Assembly: GCA_043827405.1 (NCBI GenBank)
Contig: JBDRPD010000053.1
Location: forward strand, 20,826 to 84,825
DNA from: Elusimicrobiota bacterium
Lineage (GTDB): Bacteria; Elusimicrobiota; Elusimicrobia; UBA1565
Direction: 5' to 3'
DNA: 64,000 nt
Below, piece after piece: positions 44,935 through 54,192 of this stretch (the stretch's first letter is position 1; every line of letters begins with the position of its first letter). The translations under genes were made by a program, and so were the position numbers. Below the pieces are notes generated by a model. It did no database searches. It was not told the DNA's origin and saw nothing but the letters and a program-made list of their open reading frames with translations.

Positions 44935-45855
44935 ATGCCTGAAGCCTGGGAAGCCGAATGCCTGCTGGACGCGGACAAAGTCCGCCGGCTCCTCGACGCC
45001 CAGCTCCCCGACCTGAAAGACGCCCCCGTCGCCTACTTCAACGAAGGCTGGGACACCTGGATCTACGAGGTCGGCGGGAAATATCTGTTCCGCTTCCCCA
45101 AGCGCGAGTCCGCCGACGGCACTTTGCGCATGGAGCTGCGCCTCCTGCCCGAGCTCGAGGAGGCGGTGCCGCTGCCTATCCCGTCGTTCGAGTTTATGGG
45201 CCGGCCGTCGAAGCCCTATCCCTTTCACTTCGCCGGCTACGAGAAGATGCCGGGAATCACCGGCTTCGATGCCAAAGCCGCGCCGCCGGAGCCCGCGAAG
45301 ATCGCGCGCCAGCTCGGCGGCTTTCTCACGCGGCTGCACTCTTTTTCGCGCGCGGCCGCGAAGAAGCTCGGGGTGCCGATCGATGAGAATCTCGGCGCCC
45401 TGCCGCTCATCCAAAAGGACGCCCTGGGACGCCTCGACGCGGTGCGCGGGATCCTGCCGCGCAAGTTCTTTCAGCCGCTGAAAAAGGTCCTGAGCCGGGA
45501 CACCGCCCTCCTCGGCGGCCCCGCGGGCCCGTCGCGGCTGATCCACAACGATCTCTGCAGCGAGCATATCCTCCTCGCTGCGGACCGGCGGCGCGTCACC
45601 GGCATCATCGACTGGGGCGACGCGGAGTTCGGCGACCCGGCCATGGACTTCGCCGGCCTGCTGCAGTGGCTCGGCCCCGAGTTCATGGGAAGCGTGCTCG
45701 ACGCCTACAAGCTGGACATCGACGCCGACCTCCGGGAGCGGGCGCGCTTTCTCGCCTGCAGCGAGGGCGTCCAGGATATGCACTACGGGATGGACACCGG
45801 CCGCAAAGAGTTCGCCCTGGCGGGCGCCGCGGCGGCGCGCAACGCCTTGAAATAG
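44935..45855 (+). CDS. Phosphotransferase-family kinase (aminoglycoside phosphotransferase/APH-like fold)
   Basis: Start at MPEAWEAE within ORF 44902..45855. Catalytic loop LIHNDLCSEHILL and IDWGDAEFGDPAMDFA (HxDxxxxN ... DWG/DFG-like) are typical of APH/choline-kinase-like enzymes. Confidence 0.65.
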   Translation: MPEAWEAECLLDADKVRRLLDAQLPDLKDAPVAYFNEGWDTWIYEVGGKYLFRFPKRESADGTLRMELRLLPELEEAVPLPIPSFEFMGRPSKPYPFHFAGYEKMPGITGFDAKAAPPEPAKIARQLGGFLTRLHSFSRAAAKKLGVPIDENLGALPLIQKDALGRLDAVRGILPRKFFQPLKKVLSRDTALLGGPAGPSRLIHNDLCSEHILLAADRRRVTGIIDWGDAEFGDPAMDFAGLLQWLGPEFMGSVLDAYKLDIDADLRERARFLACSEGVQDMHYGMDTGRKEFALAGAAAARNALK

Positions 45856-45910
45856 TCGCCGAGGCTGTTTTGTACAATGGGCTGCGCCCCGCCAGGGGGC
45901 GGAGGTCCAC

Positions 45911-48900
45911 ATGACAGCACCCCAACTCGTTCGCGTCGCATGCGCCATCGCCATCACCCTCGCACCCGCCGCCGCGTTCGCGAATCCGGGCGACGGCTCC
46001 TACGAGCTCACGGCGCAGATCAGCAAGACCGCTTTCAAAGTAACGGGAAAGAAGTGGTATGCGAAGACCCTCCAGTTTTCGGCCGACGGCGGCATCCTGA
46101 TCGCCTCCGGCGCCAACTCGGAAGACAACGTTTTCCGCTTTTGGGACGTCGCGTCGGGGAAGCTCGTGGCCGAGATTCCCGAGATGCAGAACGACAGCAA
46201 GCTGGCGGTCACGCCCGACGGCCAGTTCCTAGTGCTGCGCTCGCCGACGACGCTCGTGCTCGCCCGCGCGGCCACCGGCAAGATCATCCAACGGGTCGTC
46301 ATCGATCCCAAGGCGTGGTCCCTTTCCACCACCCGGCTCGCCCTAACCAAGGACGGCGGCACCGTCGCGACGCAGCACGGCGCGAAGGTCAGATCGTGGG
46401 ATGTCGCATCCGGCAAGGAACGCAAGCCGCTCGCCGCCGCCAGCGGCAAAAAGGACAGCGAGGTGACGGCGCTGGCCTTCACGCCGGACGGCGGCACTTT
46501 GATCGGCGGCATCAACGATGACGACCGGCTGCACTTCTGGGACATGCGGACGCGGAAACTGCGCCTGGCCGCGCCCGAGCCGTGCGCGCTCCACGTGACG
46601 CAGATGGCCGTCAGCGCCGACGGTGCGCGGCTGATCACCGTAAACCTCAAAGGCCTGCTCTGCGCATGGGATCCGCGGACGCTGGCCATGGAAGGAGTGC
46701 TGACGCGGGACGTCCGCGTCGAGAGACCGCTATTGATGTCCCCGGACGGAAACACCTTGCTCTATTTCGACGCCAACCATGCGTTCACGCTTTGGGATAT
46801 CGAAAAGGAGCGAAAGAAGGCTTCTTTTGCCACCTCGTACGGCACGAACTTCGCCGTGTCGTCCGACTGGAAAACCGCCGCCGTAATAGGCCCCATCGGC
46901 GACAAGAGCGTCCGCGTCTTCGATGTCGCCTCCGGAGCGCTGCGCGGAGTCTTCAGCTCGGAGCCCGAGACGATCGATTTCACACTCGACGGCAAGACCC
47001 TGATAACCGGCGGCTACACCTCGAACCTTTGGGAGGTATCCACGGGCCGCCGGCGCGAGTTCTCAAGCGGCAACTCCTACTACTCGCTGGCCATCGCTCC
47101 GGACGGCAAATCGTTCGCGGCCTGCGAGCTTTACGGGACCGCCCATTTCTACGGCATCACCGCCGCCCCGACCCCGCAGGTCCCCGCGCCGACAGCCCCC
47201 GCCCTTCTCAGCGCCGAGCACGCTTTCAGCGAGCCGTCCGGCGACGGCGTTCTCGCGGCGGGCGAAAGCGGCACTCTGCGCGTGACCCTCCGCAACACGG
47301 GACGGGGCGCCGCCCATGCCGTCCGTGTAATACCGCGCCTGGAACCCTTCGCCCCCGGGATTCAGCTCTCGCCGGAGATCGTGCTGCAGACTCTCCCGCC
47401 GGCGGCGACCGCCGCGCTCGACATCGTGGTCCGCGCCACGCCCGAACTCGCATCCGGCGAGGCGAAGATCGTCGTGTCCGTGACCGAAGGCAACGGCTTC
47501 GACGCCCCCCCGTTCGCGGCGGCCGTCAAGACGCGGGGCTTCGCTCCCCCCCGCCTGGGCATCGCCGGCGTCAGCCTCGCCGGCGGCGGCAGCGTCAAGA
47601 AGCTGGCCACCAACCGCGTCGCCGTCACCATCCGGAATTCCGGAGAAGGCCCGGCGCAGGGCGTTCGCGCCGCGCTGGCGGTCGCCGATCCCAACATCTT
47701 CCTCGAATCCAAAGAGCCGGTCGCGCTCGGGGACCTGGAGCCGGGCGGCTCCAAGGAGGCGGAGTTCGGCTTCTTTATCAACAACCGCTACAGCGGAGCC
47801 AAAGAGCTTCCGATCACGGTCGGCATCGAAGAGGCGGCGGGCAAGTACGGGGTGAAGCCCGTTTCCCTGCGCCTCGCCTTGGATGAGCCGGCGCCCGACT
47901 GGTCGCGCGCCGCCGCGGCATCCGGCGCAGAGTTCAAGCTCAAGCGCATGACTCTTCTGCGCGGCGACGATGAGCTGCGCTACCCGGTCAGCTCGCGCGA
48001 CGGCAAGTGGGCGGCGGCCGGCAGCGGCGGCGGCTCGATCCTCGTATGGGACACGGCGACCGGCGAGCGCCGGGCGGCGCTGAAGATCAAGCTCGGCAAG
48101 CATTCGGAGCTCAAGCCCCAGGCTTTCACGCCGGACGGGGACGGCCTGTACGCGATCGCGGACAACAACGTCTACCTCCTGGACCTGGTCAATGAGCGCA
48201 GCCGGCCGTTCTGGAGCGGAACCCGCACCCGCTACGAGACGCGGGAGACCGGCAGCGCCTTCCAGCCGATCGCGACATTTTCCTACAACTTACTTGAAGC
48301 CGCGGCGCTCTCGCCCGACGGGCGAATGCTGGCGCTGGGCGGCTGCTACGAGAAAGACGAGGAATCGATCCTGCTCGACGTCGAGACCAAGGCCGAACGC
48401 GTGCTGCCCAGCGGCAGCGGCTGCGTGCGGCACGCCGTTTTCTCCCCGAAAGGGCGCCACCTCGCGCTCGGCCGCGAAAGCGGCGGCATGGTCGAAGTAT
48501 GGGATCCCGCCGCCGCCAAGCGCGTCAGCTCCTGGACGACCGGCAAGGACGCCGCGCGCGCTTTGGCCTTTTCCCCCGACGGGCAAACCCTGGCGACCAG
48601 CTTCGGCGAAAAAGACATCGCGCTGTGGGACCCGGCTACGGGCGCCCGCAAGGGCGTGCTCAAAGGAGACGGCTATGCCATCGGTCATCTGGCCTATTCC
48701 CCGGACGGCAGCTGGCTCGTTTCCACCTCCTACAACAATATGACGATATGGGATGCGCCCGCCTCCGCGCCCAAGGAAAAGCTCTCCACCGGCTATTACC
48801 GCGCCTTCACCTTCCTGCCGGACGGCACCTTGGCCGCGGCCAACGCGAAATCGCTGATCCTATACAGCCTCTACGGCGGCAAAAAAGCGGCACCCAAGCC

Positions 48901-50473
48901 GAAGGCCCCGGCCCGCCTGGAATTGGACGTCTCCTTTCGCGAGCCGTCCGGCAACCGGGCCTTGGACGCCGGCGAGGAAGGCGAGCTCGTCGTGAAGATC
49001 GCCAACCGCGGCAAGGGGAGCGCCTACGCGGTAAGGCTTCTCGCCGCGCTCGAGAAGCCGGCTCCGGGGCTGCGGCTCCCCCAGCCCCTGCTGGCGGGCG
49101 AGATCGCTCCGGGCAAATCGGTGACGCAGACATTGACGCTGCGCGCGACCGCCGGCATCGGCGCGCAGACGGTCACGCTTAAGATCGAAGCGCGTGAAGG
49201 CAACGGGTTCGACGCCGCTCCCCAGGTCATCGAGTTCCAGTCCCGCGCGCTGGAGGCGCCGCGACTGGAGATCGCCGGCCTGTCGCTGGCGGGCCAAGGC
49301 GTGGTCAAGGTCAACATGGTCAATAAGCTGACGGTCAAGGTGCGCAACAGCGGCCGCGGCGCGGCGCGGGACGTCAAGGCCGAGCTTGCGCTCGGCAGCC
49401 CGGAGATATTCCCTTCCGGCGAGACCGCGTACGCGCTGGGCACGCTCGCGCCCGGACAGACGGCGAAGGCGGACTTCGAGTTCTTCGTCAACGCCCGCTT
49501 CAAGGGCAAGAAGCTGCCGCTCGCGCTGAGCCTCAGCGAGTCGTTCGGACGCTTCGGCGTGCGGGAACAGCCGCTGCACCTGGCATTGGACGAGGCGCCT
49601 TCAGCGGCGCTGATTCAAGTACAGGAGCGCGAGCGCGAGGGAGCGCCGGCCGCGCCGGCGACGGCGGACGTGGACGCGCCCCCGCATACGGAGACCGCGC
49701 GTGATCCGGCGGCCTACGCCGTCGTCGTCGGCGTCGAGAAGTACCGGGAGAGCGGCCTCCCCGCCGTGGACTACGCGGCGCGCGACGCCCAGGCCGTGCA
49801 CGCTTACTTGACGCAGTCCATGGGGTTCGACTCCCGCAATGTCATTTTGCTGCAGAACGAGAGCGCGGCGAAGACCGATCTGGAAAAGTACCTCGGCGCG
49901 TGGCTCAACAACCGCGTGACGAAGAAGAGCCGGGTATTCGTATATTTTGCCGGCCACGGCGCCCCCGACCCCGCCACCGGAGAGGGCTACCTCATCCCGT
50001 ACGACGGTGACCCATCTTATACGAAGGAGACCGCCTATCCGCTCAAGAAGCTCTACGCGTCGCTGGCGAGCCTGCCCGCCGAGGAGGTGACCGTGGTCCT
50101 CGACTCCTGCTTCTCGGGCCGCGGCAAGCGGTCGGTCATCGCCAAGGGCGCGCGGCCGCTGGTGCTGACCAAATCCGAGAAGACGGCCGGGGAAAACACC
50201 GTCGTACTCAGCGCCGCCGGCGCCGACCAGATCAGCACCTTTCAACAGGACGCCGAGCACGGCCTGCTGACGTATTATCTGCTGCGCGGCCTGCGCGGGG
50301 ACGCCGACGCGGACGGCAACGGCCGCATCACGACCGGCGAGCTCTTCGCCTACACGCAGCCGGCGGTGGAGCGGGAGGCGCGGCTGCAGAACGTATCCCA
50401 GACGCCGACGCTGGACCCCGCGCTCGACGCGCTCGGGCGCCGCGCGAACCATGTCTGGATACGCCTGAAGTGA
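45911..50473 (+). CDS. Giant secreted protein (1520 aa): 2x [beta-propeller (WD-like) + two CARDB/DUF11-like Ig domains] + C-terminal caspase-like (peptidase C14) domain
   Basis: Signal peptide MTAPQLVRVACAIAITLAPAAAFA. WD-like repeats (FWDVASGK, SWDVASGK, FWDMRTRK; later WDTATGE, VWDPAAAK, LWDPATGA, TIWDAPA). Four CARDB-like segments (GTLRVTLRNTGRGAAHAVRV; VAVTIRNSGEGPAQGVRA; ELVVKIANRGKGSAYAVRL; LTVKVRNSGRGAARDVKA). C-terminal caspase domain: YAVVVGVEKY...VFVYFAGHGA...VTVVLDSCFSG (His/Cys dyad). SD ggaggt 6 nt upstream. Confidence 0.8.
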   Translation: MTAPQLVRVACAIAITLAPAAAFANPGDGSYELTAQISKTAFKVTGKKWYAKTLQFSADGGILIASGANSEDNVFRFWDVASGKLVAEIPEMQNDSKLAVTPDGQFLVLRSPTTLVLARAATGKIIQRVVIDPKAWSLSTTRLALTKDGGTVATQHGAKVRSWDVASGKERKPLAAASGKKDSEVTALAFTPDGGTLIGGINDDDRLHFWDMRTRKLRLAAPEPCALHVTQMAVSADGARLITVNLKGLLCAWDPRTLAMEGVLTRDVRVERPLLMSPDGNTLLYFDANHAFTLWDIEKERKKASFATSYGTNFAVSSDWKTAAVIGPIGDKSVRVFDVASGALRGVFSSEPETIDFTLDGKTLITGGYTSNLWEVSTGRRREFSSGNSYYSLAIAPDGKSFAACELYGTAHFYGITAAPTPQVPAPTAPALLSAEHAFSEPSGDGVLAAGESGTLRVTLRNTGRGAAHAVRVIPRLEPFAPGIQLSPEIVLQTLPPAATAALDIVVRATPELASGEAKIVVSVTEGNGFDAPPFAAAVKTRGFAPPRLGIAGVSLAGGGSVKKLATNRVAVTIRNSGEGPAQGVRAALAVADPNIFLESKEPVALGDLEPGGSKEAEFGFFINNRYSGAKELPITVGIEEAAGKYGVKPVSLRLALDEPAPDWSRAAAASGAEFKLKRMTLLRGDDELRYPVSSRDGKWAAAGSGGGSILVWDTATGERRAALKIKLGKHSELKPQAFTPDGDGLYAIADNNVYLLDLVNERSRPFWSGTRTRYETRETGSAFQPIATFSYNLLEAAALSPDGRMLALGGCYEKDEESILLDVETKAERVLPSGSGCVRHAVFSPKGRHLALGRESGGMVEVWDPAAAKRVSSWTTGKDAARALAFSPDGQTLATSFGEKDIALWDPATGARKGVLKGDGYAIGHLAYSPDGSWLVSTSYNNMTIWDAPASAPKEKLSTGYYRAFTFLPDGTLAAANAKSLILYSLYGGKKAAPKPKAPARLELDVSFREPSGNRALDAGEEGELVVKIANRGKGSAYAVRLLAALEKPAPGLRLPQPLLAGEIAPGKSVTQTLTLRATAGIGAQTVTLKIEAREGNGFDAAPQVIEFQSRALEAPRLEIAGLSLAGQGVVKVNMVNKLTVKVRNSGRGAARDVKAELALGSPEIFPSGETAYALGTLAPGQTAKADFEFFVNARFKGKKLPLALSLSESFGRFGVREQPLHLALDEAPSAALIQVQEREREGAPAAPATADVDAPPHTETARDPAAYAVVVGVEKYRESGLPAVDYAARDAQAVHAYLTQSMGFDSRNVILLQNESAAKTDLEKYLGAWLNNRVTKKSRVFVYFAGHGAPDPATGEGYLIPYDGDPSYTKETAYPLKKLYASLASLPAEEVTVVLDSCFSGRGKRSVIAKGARPLVLTKSEKTAGENTVVLSAAGADQISTFQQDAEHGLLTYYLLRGLRGDADADGNGRITTGELFAYTQPAVEREARLQNVSQTPTLDPALDALGRRANHVWIRLK

Positions 50474-50492
50474 CGCCCGGATCGCGTTAGGA

Positions 50493-52766
50493 TCAGCGCG
50501 GGCAGCCGCCCGGCGGGCGCAGCGGCAGGGCCGCGGCCCGCTGCGCACCGAGCCGCGCTTCCAGCTCCTTCTTATCAGCGGCGCCGATCTCGACGCAGGT
50601 TACGGCCGCCAGCGGAAAGGAGCGGAAAATCTTCGCTTCGAGATAAGCATCCGTTTCCTCATCGATCAGGCGCCAAAGAGCGTCATCCGCGGACTCCGCG
50701 GCGAGGCGCAGGCGCTCGCGCGACTGCGCCTGCTCTCGATATCCGGCGACGGCCAGCGCCGCCAGCGCTTTGCCGTAGTCCGCGGCGACAACCGCGTCTT
50801 CGGCGAAGGCTTGGCGGGCGCGCGACAGCTGCTCTCCGGCGGGGCGGCTTTGCGGATCGATCCCCATGCGGCCGAGCAGGTTGGCGCCGGACCGGCGGGT
50901 CGCGAAGGAATTCTTCCAGGCCGCGCTCGACAAGTGCACGACGATCGGCCCATACATCTCCGCCCAATCATTTTGCCCGGCCCCCGCGAACAAGTAGTCC
51001 GCCGCGCCGTACAGCGCGTCTTCTCCGGCCGGTATCAGACCGGTCTTTACCTGGGACGCCCCCTTAAGACCGGCCACCTGCTTGGGCGATAAAGCCAGGC
51101 CGTCTTCCGCCAGCAACGCGAACCGCGCGGCCCAGGTGCGAAAGAGGACGGGGGGATTGGAGGAGGAGACGCGCGCGACGAACGCTTTCTCGATAGCGCT
51201 GAGCGGCCTCAGCGCGTCGAGCATTTCCGCGACGGCCGGCGAAGAGAAGTCCGCCAGCGGCCGCTGCAGGGCTTCCTCCAACGGATGCCGGTAGGCGCGT
51301 TCTCCGGCTTCCAGCCGGAGCTTAAGGCGCTTGGCATAGGCGCGGGCGCCTGCATGACGCAGCACGGCGCGGGTCTCGGCTAGACGATGGTGCTTGAGCA
51401 CGGGTTGCGGTTCGGGATAATCGGTGATAAGGTAAGCCGTTCCCAGACGCAGGCCCTTATCGGCGGCCGCCTTGGCCAGCGCGAAACCCTCGACATCGAC
51501 CGTATCCGCGAGCGCCGCGGCACGTCTTAGAAACCGGCGCGTCTCAAGCAGCGGGCTCTCGACGGCGATATGGCAGGGCGGGCGGGCGTCGCCGGAAAGC
51601 TCGTTGGGGATATCCAATCGCTCGCCCGCTCGGGAGAGATAGCATGCGGGGTAAGCCAGGGAATAGGGAGGGAGATAGGTCAGGGCGCCCGCCGACCCGG
51701 CGAAATAAAGGGTCTCAAACTCCACGCCCGATTCCACCAGGCGGGCGATGGATGCGCCGAGGCTTTCGCCGTACCAGCTGTCTTCAACAGCGACGGCGAC
51801 CAAAGTAGTCGTCGCGACGCGGACGGTGAACGCTCGCCAGCCTTCCCCGCTCAGCTGCGCGGCGGGCGCGAGCTCTTCCTTGAGCTCATCGTAATAGCCG
51901 AGAGCGAGAACGTCGAATCGCCGCGGCAGCCCGGAGTTCTCCATAAACGGCGCGAGCAGCAGATCATCTCTCGATCGGGGAGCGTGATCGTCAAGCCGGA
52001 AGACCCGCGGCGCGGCGCCTGCGAGAAGCACTTTAAGCAGCGCCAGCTCGTGCAGGTAAAGAGAGCGGTTCGCGAAACCGTCCAGGACGAGGGCGTATCC
52101 CCCCTCCCGGCAAGCGGAGAACCTGGCCCGGAACCCATTGGTGGTTCCCGGGAAATTGAGCAGGCGGGGAGCCGCGGCGGCGCAGTGCGGAGGCCAGGGA
52201 ACGTCCGCCGCGGGAGAAGCCGCGATACGCAGGCCCTCTTCCGACGCCGACGAAGCCAAAGCGCCGAGCGCTCCCAGCCGGGAGTCCGCATAGCCGCGGG
52301 CATCCTCCATCGGCAGATCGGCCGGATCCGCCGCCGCGATTTCCTCCGGCCAGCCTTCCCGCAGCTCCCGCGAAGTCGACGCACCGGCGATGAACGGCGC
52401 GAAGAGCCGGACATCCGGCCGGCCGAAGTAGCGGAGAGTCCGCCGGCCCGCCTCCGCGAGGGCGGCGCGGCCGGCCGCATCCGATCCGGCGGCATAGCCC
52501 TCTTCGACACGGCGGATTAACTCGCGAATGGTGGGGTTGCCGGACCGCGTCTTCGCCTGGGCGGGCTCCAGACCTGCGGCCAGTTCGGGCGCGAGGCCAT
52601 AGCGTCCCAGATAGTATTTAAGGCTCCAGGCGGCATCGATCGCGGCCCGGCGGACCGCGGCGTCCTCGGGATTCTTTCCCGCCGGCGTCCGCACCGGAGC
52701 CGCTGCGCAGCCGGCCGCCAGCAGGACCGCGAGCGGGAGGAACAGCCGGCCGCGGGTCATTTGCAT
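50493..52766 (-). CDS. Large hypothetical lipoprotein (about 757 aa)
   Basis: Start at MQMTRGRLFLPLAVLLAAGCAAAPV (lipobox LAAGC) within ORF 50493..52820. No recognisable catalytic motif. Overlaps the end of the phosphatase gene by about 10 nt. Confidence 0.5.
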   Translation of the reverse strand: MQMTRGRLFLPLAVLLAAGCAAAPVRTPAGKNPEDAAVRRAAIDAAWSLKYYLGRYGLAPELAAGLEPAQAKTRSGNPTIRELIRRVEEGYAAGSDAAGRAALAEAGRRTLRYFGRPDVRLFAPFIAGASTSRELREGWPEEIAAADPADLPMEDARGYADSRLGALGALASSASEEGLRIAASPAADVPWPPHCAAAAPRLLNFPGTTNGFRARFSACREGGYALVLDGFANRSLYLHELALLKVLLAGAAPRVFRLDDHAPRSRDDLLLAPFMENSGLPRRFDVLALGYYDELKEELAPAAQLSGEGWRAFTVRVATTTLVAVAVEDSWYGESLGASIARLVESGVEFETLYFAGSAGALTYLPPYSLAYPACYLSRAGERLDIPNELSGDARPPCHIAVESPLLETRRFLRRAAALADTVDVEGFALAKAAADKGLRLGTAYLITDYPEPQPVLKHHRLAETRAVLRHAGARAYAKRLKLRLEAGERAYRHPLEEALQRPLADFSSPAVAEMLDALRPLSAIEKAFVARVSSSNPPVLFRTWAARFALLAEDGLALSPKQVAGLKGASQVKTGLIPAGEDALYGAADYLFAGAGQNDWAEMYGPIVVHLSSAAWKNSFATRRSGANLLGRMGIDPQSRPAGEQLSRARQAFAEDAVVAADYGKALAALAVAGYREQAQSRERLRLAAESADDALWRLIDEETDAYLEAKIFRSFPLAAVTCVEIGAADKKELEARLGAQRAAALPLRPPGGCPR

Positions 52767-53449
52767 CCCGCCGCTGCCAGCCGCTGCAGCAGCGCGCGCT
52801 GCGCCGGGTGCCAGGCGCATGCGGGCCGGGCCGCGACGATCATACTCTCCGCCTCGGCGACATCCTTGGCCACGCCGCGCAGCAGCAGCACCGCCGCCGC
52901 CAGAGCCGCCGATCGCCCATGACCGTTAGCGCAGTGGATGAATACGCCCCCCTCAGCCGACGCCGCCTGGCGTGCGAGCTCCATGAACGCGCCTTCCTCC
53001 GGCACAAAGGCATCAAGAGTCGGCAGTGACTTATACCCGCGGCGCGGCGCGTATTTAAGCCGGGGGAACTCGCTGGTCATATCGATAATTAATGTCACCG
53101 CCTCCGGGAGCTCCCTTTCGTAAGCGCGCCGCCCTAAAAACAAACCGGGAACGATCTCGTCCAGCACGTTTTCTCGTGAGAAAAATATCTGCGCGTGCCA
53201 GGTCGCCCAATTGATGAGCAGAAAGGGCAGCATGAGGACAACGATCCACCAGCGCATGGTGCCGTCATCGCGCTTGCCGAATACCCGTCCTGCCAAACCG
53301 AAATAAGCGCTGCCGACGGCCAGGCAGTTGGCGGCGGGCCACAGCATCAGCTGCTTCCAGCCGCCGCCGTCAAGCGACCAATAGACAAGCAGGGCGCCGA
53401 TCGAGAGGAAGGCGGCGGCTATCAGTTGGTGGGGGCGCTTGCGGCGCAT
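52757..53449 (-). CDS. Membrane-anchored dual-specificity/tyrosine phosphatase-like protein (CX5R)
   Basis: 230 aa. Three N-terminal hydrophobic helices. The P-loop VFIHCANGHGRSAA matches HCxxGxxR(S/T) of DUSP/PTP-type phosphatases (also PTPMT1/lipid-phosphatase-like). Confidence 0.7.
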   Translation of the reverse strand: MRRKRPHQLIAAAFLSIGALLVYWSLDGGGWKQLMLWPAANCLAVGSAYFGLAGRVFGKRDDGTMRWWIVVLMLPFLLINWATWHAQIFFSRENVLDEIVPGLFLGRRAYERELPEAVTLIIDMTSEFPRLKYAPRRGYKSLPTLDAFVPEEGAFMELARQAASAEGGVFIHCANGHGRSAALAAAVLLLRGVAKDVAEAESMIVAARPACAWHPAQRALLQRLAAAGCK

Positions 53450-53460
53450 GCTTTACACCC

Positions 53461-54192
53461 TCAAGCGGTCTTTTTCGCCGTCTTTTTCAGCTCACGGTCC
53501 CAGTGCTTGTTGGCGTTGCGGATATAGACATCGTGCGCGATGAGCGGCTTCTCGAGCACGGCGCGGGTCGGCTCGGAGATCGCGCCGTTTTCGACGACTT
53601 CCCGTCCCGCCGCCCGCACGGCCTTCATGTAGCCGCGCAGCATGAACCGCAGCATCGCCGACTCCACCCTGAGGAGCTCGCCCTCCCCGCGGTAGATCTC
53701 GGCGATGACCTCCGAGTGCATATTGCGCGCGATCCGCCGGAACAGCAGCTTCAGCACCTGGAAATGACTCTGCTCGGGGAAGCCGCAGTTGGAGATGACG
53801 ACGATCTTCGGCACGCCGACGGCCTTGACGTGCCGGTACTCGCCCGCCGAATCCTTCGCAAAATGAGGATCAATGAGCGGCACCATCCGGTCCATGAAAT
53901 TCTTCATCAGGCCCGAGACGTTGTCGACGTAGAGCGGCGTCGCGAAGACTACGATGTCGCTGTGCGCGAACCGGGGCAGCAGCTCGGCCATATCGTCCGG
54001 CATCGCGCATTTGCCGGGAGTTCGCGTCCAACACTTGAAGCAGCCGCGGCAGTGCTTGATCTTCTTCTCCGCGAGCAGGACATTCTCGACTTCGGCGCCG
54101 GCCGCGGCGGCGCCGCCGAGGAACGCCTCCACGAGAATATGGGTATTCCCCTTGCTTGCGCGCGCGCTGCCGTTGAAGGCCGTGATTTTCAT
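53461..54192 (-). CDS. Flavodoxin-fold NADPH-dependent FMN reductase / iron-sulfur flavoprotein (Isf-like)
   Basis: 243 aa. MKITAFNGSAR...SDIVVFATPLY matches the NADPH-dependent FMN reductase family. A compact Cys cluster HCRGCFKCW is like the Isf [4Fe-4S] motif. Its start overlaps the first SGNH gene (ATGA at 54189). Confidence 0.7.
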   Translation of the reverse strand: MKITAFNGSARASKGNTHILVEAFLGGAAAAGAEVENVLLAEKKIKHCRGCFKCWTRTPGKCAMPDDMAELLPRFAHSDIVVFATPLYVDNVSGLMKNFMDRMVPLIDPHFAKDSAGEYRHVKAVGVPKIVVISNCGFPEQSHFQVLKLLFRRIARNMHSEVIAEIYRGEGELLRVESAMLRFMLRGYMKAVRAAGREVVENGAISEPTRAVLEKPLIAHDVYIRNANKHWDRELKKTAKKTA

